64,000 nucleotides of DNA from positions 1-64,000 of the forward strand of contig JBBIIG010000009.1 in the NCBI GenBank assembly GCA_037446635.1, in the 5' to 3' direction. Both the position numbers and the translations under genes were made by a program. The DNA comes from a bacterium. GTDB taxonomy: Bacteria; Zhuqueibacterota; Zhuqueibacteria; Oceanimicrobiales; Oceanimicrobiaceae. The notes under the pieces were generated by a model. The model had not been told where the DNA came from. It did no database searches and saw only the letters and a list, made by a program, of their open reading frames with translations. This document shows, piece after piece, positions 1 to 10,147 of the stretch; the stretch's first letter is position 1, and the number at the start of each line of letters is the position of its first letter.

Positions 1-2
1 GT

Positions 3-98
3 GAACTTGCGCAACACGGTATTCGCGTGAATGCTGTCGCGCCTGGCATTGTGAAGGCGGGACTGGCGGGGCGCCAGCTCCGCGAAGAGACAAGGTAG
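3..98 (+). pseudogene. Fragment of an SDR oxidoreductase (C-terminal part, ends prematurely)
   Basis: Reading from base 3 gives ELAQHGIRVNAVAPGIVKAGLAGRQLREETR*; GIRVNAVAPG is a classic SDR motif, and the usual C-terminal segment is missing. Confidence 0.65.
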
Positions 99-1128
99 CC
101 AACATCGCCAACACAGTTGACTCGCCGACGAATTGCGCGATGAGATTCTGGCGATGTGCGCCCATCACTTTGCGCATCCCTACTTCGCGCGCGCGATTGG
201 CTGATTTTGCCGTAGCTAAATTCGTATAGTTGACGCAAGCGATGAGCAGAACCAGAATCGCGATGACCGTGAACAACATGATGGTCTGCGGATCGCCGTG
301 GGGTATCGGATCGAAAGTGGTGGCGTGGTTGAGGTAGATCTCCGGCAGCGGTTCCAACAGCAAACTGCGGATGATACCGGTTTTGCGAAAATGCGCTCCG
401 AAATATTTTTCCATGAATTGCGGAAACTGCCACTCCACAACCGACGCCTCGACGCCCGGGCGCAGCCGCACATAAGTGACCAAATTGTTAGCCCACCAGT
501 TGCTGAACCACGGCCGCGATTGAAACACCGCCAGCGCGGCGACAAAATCAAAATCGAGATGGGTGTTGGCAAGCGGTTTGCCGAAAACGCCGGTCACGCG
601 AAATTCATAACGTTTATCGAGCGTGAGAGTCTGGCCAATGGGATTTTGTTCGCCAAAATATTTTCCCGCCATCGCCTTCGAAATCACGACATCGTTTGGA
701 GTCGCCAGCGCCTCCGCCGCGTTGCCAGTGAGCAGAGAATAAGAAAAGAATTCAAAGAAGTTGGGATCTGCAAAAAAGAATTTCTTTTCATAGAATGAGT
801 TGTCGCCACAGGTAACCAGTCCCTCGTTAGGCATCACGCGCATCGCTTCCTCGATGTCGGTGGGGAAATCGGTTTGCAGTGCGGCCGCAAAGGGCGCCGA
901 CGTCACGCCGATTCTGCGTTCGGCGCCGTCGCCGGTCGCATAGCGCAGCACGCGAAAGATACGCTCGCCGTGCTCATGAAAACGATCGTAGTTCAACTCA
1001 TTTCTAACGAACAAAAATATCACCATGCAGCAGGCGATGCCAATCGCCAGCCCACTGATGTTGATCGCTGCGTAGCCTTTGTGGCGAAGGATGTTGCGCA
1101 GCGCGATTTTGAAGTAATTTTTGATCAT
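91..1128 (-). pseudogene. MacB/FtsX-like ABC permease, N-terminal ~345 aa only
   Basis: ATG at 1128 reads MIKNYFKIALRNILRHKGYAAINISGLAIGIACC...IACVNYTNLATAKSANRAREVGMRKVMGA...GESTVLAMLATL; similarity stops near base 91. The frame has no stop inside the window, so it is absent from the ORF track. Confidence 0.8.
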
Positions 1129-1230
1129 GGGATTTGTTTCCATTGTAAGTTGTCAGTTGCATGGCAGTCAGCACCAGCTCTCCGCCGTTAGCTTTTCCGC
1201 GAAGCGGATCGGTGTCCGACAACCAGAAGC

Positions 1231-1360
1231 AAAGCGCAGAGAGCATAGAGCAGAGCGTTTTAGAAGAGGTAGAGCGTGAGAGCGTAGAGCGTGGAGCGAC
1301 GACAATTCGCATTTGCACTCTTCGCTCTTTCGCTCTGCGCCATGCGCTATGCTCTCTGCT
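1231..1360. repeat. Heptamer-periodic imperfect inverted repeat (AGAGCGT-like / CGCTCT-like arms)
   Basis: Purine arm agagcatagagcagagcg...agagcgtgagagcgtagagcgtggagcg followed by complementary pyrimidine arm; related copy at 3789-3907. Confidence 0.75.
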
Positions 1361-3765
1361 CATTCATAGCGCAGCGCTTCAACCGGATTCGCCACTGCCG
1401 CCCGAATGGCCTGCGTGCTCACCGTCAGCAGCGCAATGAGCAGCGCAGATCCGCCGGCGAGCGCGAACACCCACCAGCCGATATCGATACGATAGGCGAA
1501 GTTATCGAGCCATTTGTTCATGGCGAACCAAGCCAGCGGCGTGGCGACCAACAAACCCAACAGCACGAGGCGGGTGAATTCCTTTGACAGCAGCATGACG
1601 ATGCTGGTAGTGGTGGCGCCCAAAACTTTGCGCACGCCGATCTCTTTTCGCCGCTGCTCGGTGGAATACGCCGCCATTCCGAACAATCCGAGACAGGCGA
1701 CAAAGATCGCCAGTCCCGCTGCGATGCAGAACAGAGTGCCAACACGCTGATCGTTGCGATAAAAATCTGCCAAACGCTCGTCGAGGAAATTGTATTCGAA
1801 TGGCGTAACTTGATCGAATTTCTCGTGAACGCTTTGCAGGTATTTGAGTGTGCCGGGGATATCCTCACCACTGATACGCACCGTGAAGTAGTCGATAGCG
1901 TCGATGCGGTTGTTCCAATTCGCCAAAACCAGCGGACCGATTTTTTCATGCAGCGATCGGAAATGAAAATCTCTGACCACGCCGATGACGCGCGCTTCAA
2001 AATTTTCTTCAGGCACGCGAATGGTTTTGCCGAGCGGCGAATCCCAACCAAACTCCTTGGCTGCGGTTTCATTGAGCAAAACGGCGCTGGTGTCGGTTCC
2101 AAATTCCGGCGAGAAATTTCGGCCTTCTGCCAGCTCAACCTCAAATACTTTCATGAAATCTTCATCAATGCCGATGAAATTCAAAGTATGAATCTCCGTT
2201 TCCGGCGCACCCTCCGGGACTACTCCCACTTCAGCGATGTTCTTCCAATCGCCAGGAACCCGCGAGCTCACCGATACGCCGTGCACTGCCGCGCTGCGTT
2301 TCATTTCCGTTTTGATCGCTTGAAAGTTTTTGCGAGCCACGCTGCTGTTGATGTCCACCACCACGAGTTGCTCCTCATTGAATCCGAGACGTTTGGTGCG
2401 GATGTAGTTCATCTGGTTGTACACTACCACCGTTGCGACGATCATCACAATCGAAAGCGCGAACTGCGTCACCACCAAGCCTTGCCGAAACCACGATGAG
2501 CTGGCGCCCGTGCCGCCTTTGAGAATGAACGCCGGCCGCAGCCGCGACAGAAAGAACGCCGGATAGCTGCCGGCAATCAATCCGACCAACAGCGCCATCG
2601 CCAAAAGTCCGATCGGCAGCCAATCAAGTTTCGCCACATCCAGCGCGAGCTGTTTTCCTGTGAACTGGTTGAACGTCGGCAGCAGTAACTCCACAGCGCC
2701 GCAAGCGACCACAAACGCGATGGCGGAGAACACCAGCGACTCACTTAAAAATTGGCCGACGAGCTGCAGTCGATACGCGCCCACCACTTTGCGCATGCCG
2801 ACTTCACGGGCGCGGCTTACCGAACGCGCCGTGGCAAGATTCATGTAATTAATGCACGCGATCACCACAATGAACAACGCGATGGCGGAGAAAATATAAA
2901 CGTACGCGATGTCGCCTTTATTTTCGTTGCGATCAAATTCGATGTGATTGGAATGAAAGTGGATGTCGCGCAGCGGCTGCAAATAGAAACGGCTGTCGTT
3001 GGCTGCCTCGCCGCGATACTGGCGATTGAATTCCGCCAGTTTGGTTTCCAACGTTGAGGCGGAGGCAGGATCGTTCAAAACCAAATAAGTGATGAAGCCG
3101 TCGGAATCCCAACGCTCGCTGAAACGACGCCAACCCTCTATCCCCTGCAAGGTGGCAAATGAAAACAACATGCTGAAATTCAAGTGCGAATTGGGCGGCG
3201 GGTCTTTGAGAACACCGGTGACTTTGAAATCACCAAAACGCTCGACTTTTATGGTCTGGCCGAATGCCTCTTCATCGCCGAAATATTTTTTCGCTGAGGT
3301 CTCGGTCAATACCACTGACATCGGCTCTCGCAACGCCGATGCGCGAGCGCCGCGCAGCAAGTCGAAATCGAAGACGTCGAGAAAATTGGTTTCGACGAAC
3401 AGGTGATCGCCTTCGTAAAAACGCGCGGCGCCATACTCAACAACGAAGCGGCCGGTGCTGAAACGGCTCATCGCTCGCACGAACGCTTCCACCTCCGGAA
3501 AGTCTTTTTTCAACGCCGGAGCCACCGGTCCCATCACTTGCGGAATATGGCGGTCGCCTTTGTCCGGCGACTTGCGGACATCGACGATTCGAAAAATGCG
3601 ATCCGCCTTTTTATGAAAGGCATCGAAATTCAACTCGTCGCGGACGTAAAGCAGGATCAACATGCAGCACGCCATGCCAATGGCCAGCCCGGCGATATTG
3701 ATGAACGAGTAGGCTTTGTTCTTCCAAATGTTTCTTGCGGCAATCTTGAGATAGTTTTTAAGCAT
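1360..3765 (-). CDS. MacB/FtsX-like ABC transporter permease (duplicated, ~800 aa)
   Basis: MLKNYLKIA start, REVGMRKVVGA and KEIGVRKVLGA motifs, NPVEALRYE end; start trimmed from 3798 to match paralogs. Confidence 0.93.
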   Translation of the reverse strand: MLKNYLKIAARNIWKNKAYSFINIAGLAIGMACCMLILLYVRDELNFDAFHKKADRIFRIVDVRKSPDKGDRHIPQVMGPVAPALKKDFPEVEAFVRAMSRFSTGRFVVEYGAARFYEGDHLFVETNFLDVFDFDLLRGARASALREPMSVVLTETSAKKYFGDEEAFGQTIKVERFGDFKVTGVLKDPPPNSHLNFSMLFSFATLQGIEGWRRFSERWDSDGFITYLVLNDPASASTLETKLAEFNRQYRGEAANDSRFYLQPLRDIHFHSNHIEFDRNENKGDIAYVYIFSAIALFIVVIACINYMNLATARSVSRAREVGMRKVVGAYRLQLVGQFLSESLVFSAIAFVVACGAVELLLPTFNQFTGKQLALDVAKLDWLPIGLLAMALLVGLIAGSYPAFFLSRLRPAFILKGGTGASSSWFRQGLVVTQFALSIVMIVATVVVYNQMNYIRTKRLGFNEEQLVVVDINSSVARKNFQAIKTEMKRSAAVHGVSVSSRVPGDWKNIAEVGVVPEGAPETEIHTLNFIGIDEDFMKVFEVELAEGRNFSPEFGTDTSAVLLNETAAKEFGWDSPLGKTIRVPEENFEARVIGVVRDFHFRSLHEKIGPLVLANWNNRIDAIDYFTVRISGEDIPGTLKYLQSVHEKFDQVTPFEYNFLDERLADFYRNDQRVGTLFCIAAGLAIFVACLGLFGMAAYSTEQRRKEIGVRKVLGATTTSIVMLLSKEFTRLVLLGLLVATPLAWFAMNKWLDNFAYRIDIGWWVFALAGGSALLIALLTVSTQAIRAAVANPVEALRYE

Positions 3766-3788
3766 TGTCAGTAGTCCGTTGTCAGTTA

Positions 3789-3907
3789 CAGAGCGCAAAG
3801 AGCAGAGCGCATAGCGTTTTAGAAGTCGTAAAGCGTAGAGCGAGAGAACGTAGAGCGTGGAGCGACGACAATTCGCATTTTACGCTCTTCGCTCTGCGCT
3901 TTGCTCA
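3789..3907. repeat. Heptamer-periodic inverted repeat, second copy
   Basis: Shares cgtagagcgtggagcgacgacaattcgcattt core with 1231-1360. Confidence 0.75.
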
Positions 3908-6310
3908 TTCATACCGCAACGCCTCCACCGGATTCGCAATCGCCGATTTTATGGCCTGATAGCTGACGGTCAGAATGGCGATCCCAATTGCGATCGCACC
4001 GGCGAACAGAAACGCCGCCGCGCTGATGTCGATGCGATAAGCAAAATCGTTCAACCATCTTCGCATGATCACAAAAGCGATCGGCCACGCGACAAGATTC
4101 GCAACCATCATCAACTTGATAAAATCAAAAGAGAAGGACATAAAGATATTTGGCACCGACGCGCCCAACACTTTGCGAATGCCGATTTCTTTGGTGCGCT
4201 GTTCCGCCGCAAACAATGCCATCCCGAATAATCCGAGACACGCGATGAGAATGGCCAACGTCGTGAAGTAAGCCACAATCTTGCCGAGCTGCGTCTCGAA
4301 TTTGTAAACGCTATCGAGGCGGTTGTCGAGAAAGAAAAAATCCATCGGACGAATCTTTTCGAATTGCCGCCACACGCTCTCGATTTGCGCCAGCGAATTG
4401 GAGAGCGTCGCGGTGTTGAGCCGCACGGAAATCAGCGGAAGGCCGAGATCAAACAAGCCGATCACCATTGGCTCAATGGATTCGTGCAGCGGTGCGAAGT
4501 GAAAATCTTTCACCACGCCGACGATCGGCCCGCGCACCGGGTTGCGGTCGCCGCTGGCGATCACCCGCCCCAGCACCGGCTCGATACCGTATTGCCGCAC
4601 CGCCGCTTCATTAACCAAATAGGCGAAGCTGGTATCGGTGGCAAACTCCTTTGAAAAATCGCGGCCGGCAGCCAGCTCCAGTCCGTAGGTTTTCGTATAG
4701 TCATGGCCGACGAAGTTGAAGGGCAGCGCGATTTTTTCTTCATCATTGATCGCGTTAAAATAGATCGAGCGGATGGGGAAACCTTCTCCCGTCACCCAGG
4801 CGTTCTTGGTGACGCTCATCACCTCGGGCAACTGCAGAAGCTGCGATTTGAACGTCTCGTAGTTTTGTTTGTCGGTCAGCGCCGTGCCGGTGGCTTTGAT
4901 CAACAGCATCTGCTCCTTCTCAAATCCCAATTTCTTTTTGCGAATGTATTCCAATTGTTGAGCGATAGTGACGATGGCGACGAGCAGGATCACCGTGATG
5001 GCCATTTGCGCCACCACCAAAGTTTTGCGCATATTAGCGCCAAGGCCCGATTTGGCAAACGATTTTTTGAGAGTGCGAACCGGTTGAAATGCGGAGAGGA
5101 AAATCGCCGGGTACAAACCGGAAATCACGCCCACGGCGACGGTCAATGCCAGCAGGCCCAGCAGAAGCAAAGAGTTTTCGAAATAACTGACGCGCAGTTG
5201 GATGATGGAAAGCTTGTTGAAAATGGCTGCCAATCCTTCGACCATTGCCAGCGCCAGCGTTACCGCCAGAAAGCTGACCAGCAACGATTCCACCAAAAAT
5301 TGCTTGATCAATTGCACGCGCTGAGCGCCCACCACTTTGCGTAGTCCCACCTCGCGGGCGCGATTGAGAGAACGGGCGGTGCTCAAGTTCATAAAATTGA
5401 TGCAGGCGATGATCAGCACCAGCACGGCGATCGCCGAAAAAATGTAGATGTACTGAATGTCGTTGTTGGGCTCGCATTCGTTTTCGAGATTGCCGCTCAG
5501 ATGAATGTCGCGCAGCCGCTGCAGAAACAGGCGTGAGCTTTGCCGAGTGCTGGGGAAATACTTTTTCACCAACTGCACGAGGCCCGCTTCCAACTCCCTG
5601 GGATCATAACCTTTGGGGAGTTTGATATACGTCCAAATTTGATAACCGAACCAACTGCGAAAGAAATCCGGATCCGGGGCGAGGGTTTCCGCGTGTTGAA
5701 ACCACGCCAACAGGTCGTATTTGAAATGGCTAGCCTCCGGGGCATTGCTCACAACGCCGGTGATTTTGTAGTCGATGTTTCTGCCGCGCAGATTTACGGT
5801 GACGGTTTCGCCCAACACCTCGAGGGTGTTGAAATATTTGCGCGCGATCTCTTCTGTCACCACCACGCTGTTCGGCTGGCTCAAGGCTGTGGCCGGATCG
5901 CCCCTCAAAAAAGGAATGGTGAAAATGTCAAACAGGCTGGCATCGGCAAAAAAGAAGCGCGGCTCGATGAACCGGCGATCGTCAATTTGAACCGCGGCAT
6001 CTTCGTTGTTGAAGCGAAAAATGCGCGCGGCCTGCTGCACTTGCGGATACTCGAGCAGCAGAACCTCCGCGGTCAAATACGAAACGCTGGCCTGCCCCTG
6101 TTTCTGACCGGTGGCGTCTTTCCAAATCGCCACACGATAAATTTGGTCCGCGTCGCGGTGGTGATCGTCATACCCAACCTCTTTGAGCACGTAAAGCAAA
6201 ATCAACATGCAGCACGCCATGCCGATGGCCAGCCCGGCGATGTTGATGAACGAGTAGGCTTTGTTCTTCCAAATGTTTCTCCCCGCGATCTTGAGATAAT
6301 TTTTAAACAT
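3905..6310 (-). CDS. MacB/FtsX-like ABC transporter permease (801 aa)
   Basis: Same architecture and motifs as the neighbouring permease. Confidence 0.93.
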   Translation of the reverse strand: MFKNYLKIAGRNIWKNKAYSFINIAGLAIGMACCMLILLYVLKEVGYDDHHRDADQIYRVAIWKDATGQKQGQASVSYLTAEVLLLEYPQVQQAARIFRFNNEDAAVQIDDRRFIEPRFFFADASLFDIFTIPFLRGDPATALSQPNSVVVTEEIARKYFNTLEVLGETVTVNLRGRNIDYKITGVVSNAPEASHFKYDLLAWFQHAETLAPDPDFFRSWFGYQIWTYIKLPKGYDPRELEAGLVQLVKKYFPSTRQSSRLFLQRLRDIHLSGNLENECEPNNDIQYIYIFSAIAVLVLIIACINFMNLSTARSLNRAREVGLRKVVGAQRVQLIKQFLVESLLVSFLAVTLALAMVEGLAAIFNKLSIIQLRVSYFENSLLLLGLLALTVAVGVISGLYPAIFLSAFQPVRTLKKSFAKSGLGANMRKTLVVAQMAITVILLVAIVTIAQQLEYIRKKKLGFEKEQMLLIKATGTALTDKQNYETFKSQLLQLPEVMSVTKNAWVTGEGFPIRSIYFNAINDEEKIALPFNFVGHDYTKTYGLELAAGRDFSKEFATDTSFAYLVNEAAVRQYGIEPVLGRVIASGDRNPVRGPIVGVVKDFHFAPLHESIEPMVIGLFDLGLPLISVRLNTATLSNSLAQIESVWRQFEKIRPMDFFFLDNRLDSVYKFETQLGKIVAYFTTLAILIACLGLFGMALFAAEQRTKEIGIRKVLGASVPNIFMSFSFDFIKLMMVANLVAWPIAFVIMRRWLNDFAYRIDISAAAFLFAGAIAIGIAILTVSYQAIKSAIANPVEALRYE

Positions 6311-6554
6311 GTCAGTTGTCCGTTGTTTGTTGTGAACTGTCCGTCGCGTCGTACAAAGCGTTTGTTAGCTAAGCACGATGTTATCTGCGCACTGCGTTTT
6401 TCACATTTGCCATTTGCCGTTTCCCGTTTAACGAGGAAGCCAATCAGGGCCGGCCGCAGCCAGCCCTGGTTTGGCTGTCCATTATTTATTGAGGGTCGCA
6501 CGCCGGCAATAAACTCAAAGATGAAAACAAAATGCTGACGGCTGAAAGCTATTC

Positions 6555-6569
6555 TCAAAATATATGCCA
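6555..6569 (-). promoter_or_regulatory. Possible sigma54-type -24/-12 promoter for the permease array
   Basis: Minus strand TGGCATATATTTTGA = GG-N10-GA, a variant of the GG-N10-GC consensus. Confidence 0.4.
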
Positions 6570-6984
6570 TGTAATGCCATGTCTGTTTTTAGACTATAAA
6601 TCGACGCCGCCAGCGCCGGAGAACTATCCGCTGACATTACACTCAGTGTACGAATGCGAACAACCCCGGGGGTGTCAGACGCTGCGATGACGTGAGACGG
6701 CAAAGGGCAGACGGCAGAAGTAATTGAAGGTTATTAACTCCGCTTCTCTAAGCGAAAGTAAATCTTCCCAAGCAAGAGTTTGGGGAATGTGGTTGCTGAA
6801 AAACTCAAATTTCTTTGATAGAAAATGGAACAAAACTTCTGAAGCGCGTTAATATGAAAAACCCCTTTCACAAAATTTGCGGTTCTTTCCGAAGCCCGCC
6901 CGCGCGGACTTTGAACGATGAGCAAAAGAGATTTTTCCAAAACTGAGTTTTTCAGCAACCTGTTTTAAAAAGAATGGAGAAAAC

Positions 6985-7650
6985 ATGATCAAACTCAACC
7001 ACATCACCAAATACTACAAAACCGGCGCCGGGCTCACCTATGTGCTGCGCGACATCAACCTCGTCGTCGAAGAAGGAGAGTTCATGACCATCATGGGGCC
7101 GTCGGGCTCCGGCAAGTCCACGCTGCTGCACATCCTCGGCATGTTGGACGATGCCTCGGACGGCGAATACTTTTTTTACGATCATCCCGTGCACCAGCTC
7201 AGCGAAAAGAAACGCTCGGAGTTGCATTCCACTCACATCGGCTTTGTGTTTCAGAGCTACCATTTGATCGATGAGCTGACGGTTTACGAAAATCTCGAAA
7301 CGCCGCTGCTCTACAAAAAAATCAAAGCGGCGGAGCGCAAGGGCATCGTCTCCGATACTCTCGACCGCTTCAACATCGTCGCCAAAAAAGATTTGTTCCC
7401 CAACCAATTGTCCGGCGGACACCAGCAGCTTGTGGGCGTAGCGCGCGCCATGATCACCCATCCCAGGCTCATCCTCGCGGACGAGCCCACCGGCAATCTC
7501 CACTCAAGTCAGGGGGAAGAAATTATGGAAATGTTCAAGAAACTGAATCAGCAGGGCGCCACCATCATTCAGGTGACGCATTCGGACAAGAACGCCGCGT
7601 ACGGCAATCGCATTATCAAACTATTTGATGGGCGGATTGTGAAGGAATAG
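6985..7650 (+). CDS. ABC transporter ATP-binding protein (LolD/MacB type)
   Basis: Walker [10 protein letters not shown], signature LSGGHQQ, Walker [15 protein letters not shown]; divergent from the permeases. Confidence 0.95.
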   Translation: MIKLNHITKYYKTGAGLTYVLRDINLVVEEGEFMTIMGPSGSGKSTLLHILGMLDDASDGEYFFYDHPVHQLSEKKRSELHSTHIGFVFQSYHLIDELTVYENLETPLLYKKIKAAERKGIVSDTLDRFNIVAKKDLFPNQLSGGHQQLVGVARAMITHPRLILADEPTGNLHSSQGEEIMEMFKKLNQQGATIIQVTHSDKNAAYGNRIIKLFDGRIVKE

Positions 7651-7653
7651 GGC

Positions 7654-8286
7654 TTACTTAATCAACAAACTCACCCGGCGGTTGGCCATCAATCCGCGGC
7701 GCTCCGGCGTTTCCTCCACTTTGAGGCGGGTGTCGGCGTAGCCCACCGCCATAAAGCGCTGGGCGCGGATGCCGTTGGCGAGCAGGCTGCGAATGACGCT
7801 GGACGAGCGCGCGGTGGAGAGTTCCCAGTTCGATGGGTAGAGAGAATTTTTGGCGAGCGGCACGCTGTCGGTGTGGCCCTCCACTTGAATTTTGCGCTCG
7901 CTCACGTCCGGCGCTTTCAGGATGTCCGCCAGCGCGTTCAGAATGGGAAAAGAGTTCGGTTTTAAATCCGCTTTCCCGGAATCGAACAAAATGTTGTCCT
8001 GAAAATTCACCAGCAGTCCATCCGGCGTCAACGAAACTTCCACGCTTTGCTGCAAGTTGTGCTGTTCCACCAGCTCTTTGAATTTCTTTTCGAGCTGATG
8101 CAGCGGCATGGTTTCACTTTTGGAAAAATATTCCATGATCATCTCGAACTTCACTTGATCGATTTGCGAGATGGAAAAGAACAGCACGAAGAACGCCAGC
8201 AGCAGGGTCACCATGTCGGCGTAGGACAGCAGCCAGGGCTGATCTTCTTTTTTGGTGTGATTTAATGCGGGTATCTTTATTTCCAT
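7654..8286 (-). CDS. motB: MotB/PomB-family stator subunit with OmpA-like peptidoglycan-binding domain
   Basis: WLLSYADMVTLLLAFFVLFFSIS transmembrane helix with the conserved Asp, plug-like QIDQVKF, LFDSGKA, VEGHTD, SNWELSTARS, NRRV; start set at ATG 8286 because the longer ORF runs into a repeat. Confidence 0.93.
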   Translation of the reverse strand: MEIKIPALNHTKKEDQPWLLSYADMVTLLLAFFVLFFSISQIDQVKFEMIMEYFSKSETMPLHQLEKKFKELVEQHNLQQSVEVSLTPDGLLVNFQDNILFDSGKADLKPNSFPILNALADILKAPDVSERKIQVEGHTDSVPLAKNSLYPSNWELSTARSSSVIRSLLANGIRAQRFMAVGYADTRLKVEETPERRGLMANRRVSLLIK

Positions 8287-8317
8287 TTTGCTTGTCGTGG
8301 TTTTGATTAGTTTGAAA

Positions 8318-8485
8318 ACTCGAATCTCGAATCTCAAAATCCAAAACAAATCCGAAATTCAAAATATCAAATGTCGAAATGCTTGTCTTGCAGTTTTTTT
8401 CTGCACAGGTTTTAAGATGATCTTGATTTTTGTTTTTTGAATTTGCTTCGAATTTCGCATTTCGAGTTTCGAATTTCGGATTTGC
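8318..8485. repeat. Heptamer-periodic inverted repeat (TCGAAAT/ATTTCGA family) between motA and motB
   Basis: ctcgaatctcgaatctcaaaatcc... and ...ttcgaatttcgcatttcgagtttcgaatttcggattt; related elements near 24400-24465 and 48925-49086. Confidence 0.75.
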
Positions 8486-8486
8486 C

Positions 8487-9314
8487 CTACCTCTGTATCA
8501 ATTCTTTCGCCGCTTTGCTGCGCATCCTTCCATTCGAGCCGGCCGCCAGCTTGTTGACTTTCTTGCGGCTGTTGGCGTTCAAATAAGCCGCCAGTTTGTC
8601 GCGGGCATAGACGTAGTTGCGGTTGTCGTACATCATCAAAATGGTTTCGAGCTGCATGGTTTCCAGCAGCAAGTTGTTTTCGGAGCGCTCGCGAATTTTT
8701 TCTGCGATGGGGACGAACACCATGTTGGCTAAAATCAAACCGTAAAAGGTCGTGGTCAGCGCTACCGCTAAACCGAGTCCTACCTGGCCGGGCTTGCTTT
8801 GCAGCGTGATGAGCATATCGATCAACCCGATCACCGTTCCCAACATTCCGAAGGCCGGCGCGATTTTCGCCATCACGCTGAACAACTGATTTTGCTTGGA
8901 CTCGCGGGTCATCTGCCAGCGAATTTGATCTTCTAAAATGGCTTGCGCTTCCGCTTTTGAATAGCCGTTGGCGAGCATCTGCACGCCGTCCTGCAAAATC
9001 CACAGCTTCTTAAGTTTCGGCAGCTCCCGCAGCAGATGATCGAGACCGTCGCGCTGGTAGGAGCGGATCGCCGCTACCATCTTATTGACCGCGCCGACGT
9101 AATCGTGCGAGCCCGATCGAAAAATAATGAAAAAGGCTTTGAACGCCTGCACCACTTCGCTGACGGGAAACGACACGAAGGTTGACGCGATGGTGCCGCC
9201 CAAAACGATGGCCATGCCCTGCCAATTGAGAAACACCTCCACCGGCGAGTTGCCGTTGATGATACCGTACGCAACCAGCGCACAGCCGATTAGAAATCCC
9301 AAGAAAGTTAACAT
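8487..9314 (-). CDS. motA: MotA/PomA-family stator subunit
   Basis: N-terminal IVLGGT hairpin typical of flagellar-type MotA, APAFGMLGTVIGLI, AVALTTTFYGLILANMVFVPIAEKI; 275 aa, four TM segments. Confidence 0.93.
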   Translation of the reverse strand: MLTFLGFLIGCALVAYGIINGNSPVEVFLNWQGMAIVLGGTIASTFVSFPVSEVVQAFKAFFIIFRSGSHDYVGAVNKMVAAIRSYQRDGLDHLLRELPKLKKLWILQDGVQMLANGYSKAEAQAILEDQIRWQMTRESKQNQLFSVMAKIAPAFGMLGTVIGLIDMLITLQSKPGQVGLGLAVALTTTFYGLILANMVFVPIAEKIRERSENNLLLETMQLETILMMYDNRNYVYARDKLAAYLNANSRKKVNKLAAGSNGRMRSKAAKELIQR

Positions 9315-9323
9315 CGTTTTTCC

Positions 9324-9989
9324 TTATTGTGAAGTTTTGTAGCGCGCGATGAGCTGGCGCACGTCCTCGAGATTCGGATTGATCTGGAGGGCGTTTTCCC
9401 AGGCCTGCACCGCCGATTCGATTTCGCCGTTCACAAAGTAGATGGAACCGCCCAAGGCGTACGCGGTGGCGGTTTGCTTTTTTTGCAGCGACGCTTGCAG
9501 CACGTTCAGGGCCTCGGCGTAGCGACGCTCATAAAACAGTTTCTGCGCTAAGTTGATGTCGCGGATGATCTCGTCGGTCAGCAGCTCGCCCTCCGAGTTG
9601 GAATTGGGTTTCGGGGGCGCTTTCGGTTCGTCGTCTTTTTTGTAGAGCACGGAGTCGCCTTTGGTCACCGACAGCACGCCGTCTTTGCCGCGCAGCAATT
9701 CCAAATCGAGGTTGGTGGAATTGGGATCGAGCGCCATCTCCACTTCGGTGTCGTTCTGCCGGAATTTTACCACTAAATACTGCTCGTCGGCTTTTGGCGA
9801 TTTAACCCGCGCCGATGAATCCGCCGCGACACGGTTTTCGGATCCATTCGGCGCGGCATCGCCTTCTTTCATCATCTGCCGATTGGCGGAACACGCCAGC
9901 GCCGCCAACCACAAGGTGGGAATGAGTAACGTGAGAGTCAGCCGGTTTATTTTTTTGCGACCGGCTGTTTTTCGATAATTATTTTTCAT
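9324..9989 (-). CDS. Predicted lipoprotein with C-terminal TPR repeats
   Basis: Basic N-terminus, hydrophobic core and LAALA-C lipobox-like site; TPR-like AYALGGSIYF...AVQAWENALQINP. Confidence 0.8.
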   Translation of the reverse strand: MKNNYRKTAGRKKINRLTLTLLIPTLWLAALACSANRQMMKEGDAAPNGSENRVAADSSARVKSPKADEQYLVVKFRQNDTEVEMALDPNSTNLDLELLRGKDGVLSVTKGDSVLYKKDDEPKAPPKPNSNSEGELLTDEIIRDINLAQKLFYERRYAEALNVLQASLQKKQTATAYALGGSIYFVNGEIESAVQAWENALQINPNLEDVRQLIARYKTSQ

Positions 9990-10018
9990 AAGCGCTTCCT
10001 AATTTTTAGCCTGAATAT

Positions 10019-10115
10019 TCACCACCGCAAGATTCGCTAAGAAGGCGAAAGGAGCGTAAGAGAAAAAATGTTTTTTAGCGGCCATTGCGCCAACTGTGCG
10101 TTCTTTGCGGTTAAA
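10019..10115. repeat. Nonamer-periodic imperfect inverted repeat (ACCGCAA...TTGCGGT family)
   Basis: accgcaagattcgctaagaaggcgaaagg ... ttagcggccattgcgccaactgtgcgttctttgcggtt; relatives near 34503-34570 and 54530-54565. Confidence 0.55.
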
Positions 10116-10147
10116 AATAGATTCATTTCTCTCTGCGGTTTAGTAAG

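Noticed and set aside
7654..9314. Zorya (ZorA/ZorB) anti-phage system, or ExbBD/TolQR
   Set aside because: The A subunit has no long cytoplasmic tail and no zorC/D/E-like genes are adjacent; the B subunit has a MotB plug and OmpA domain rather than an ExbD/TolR domain.
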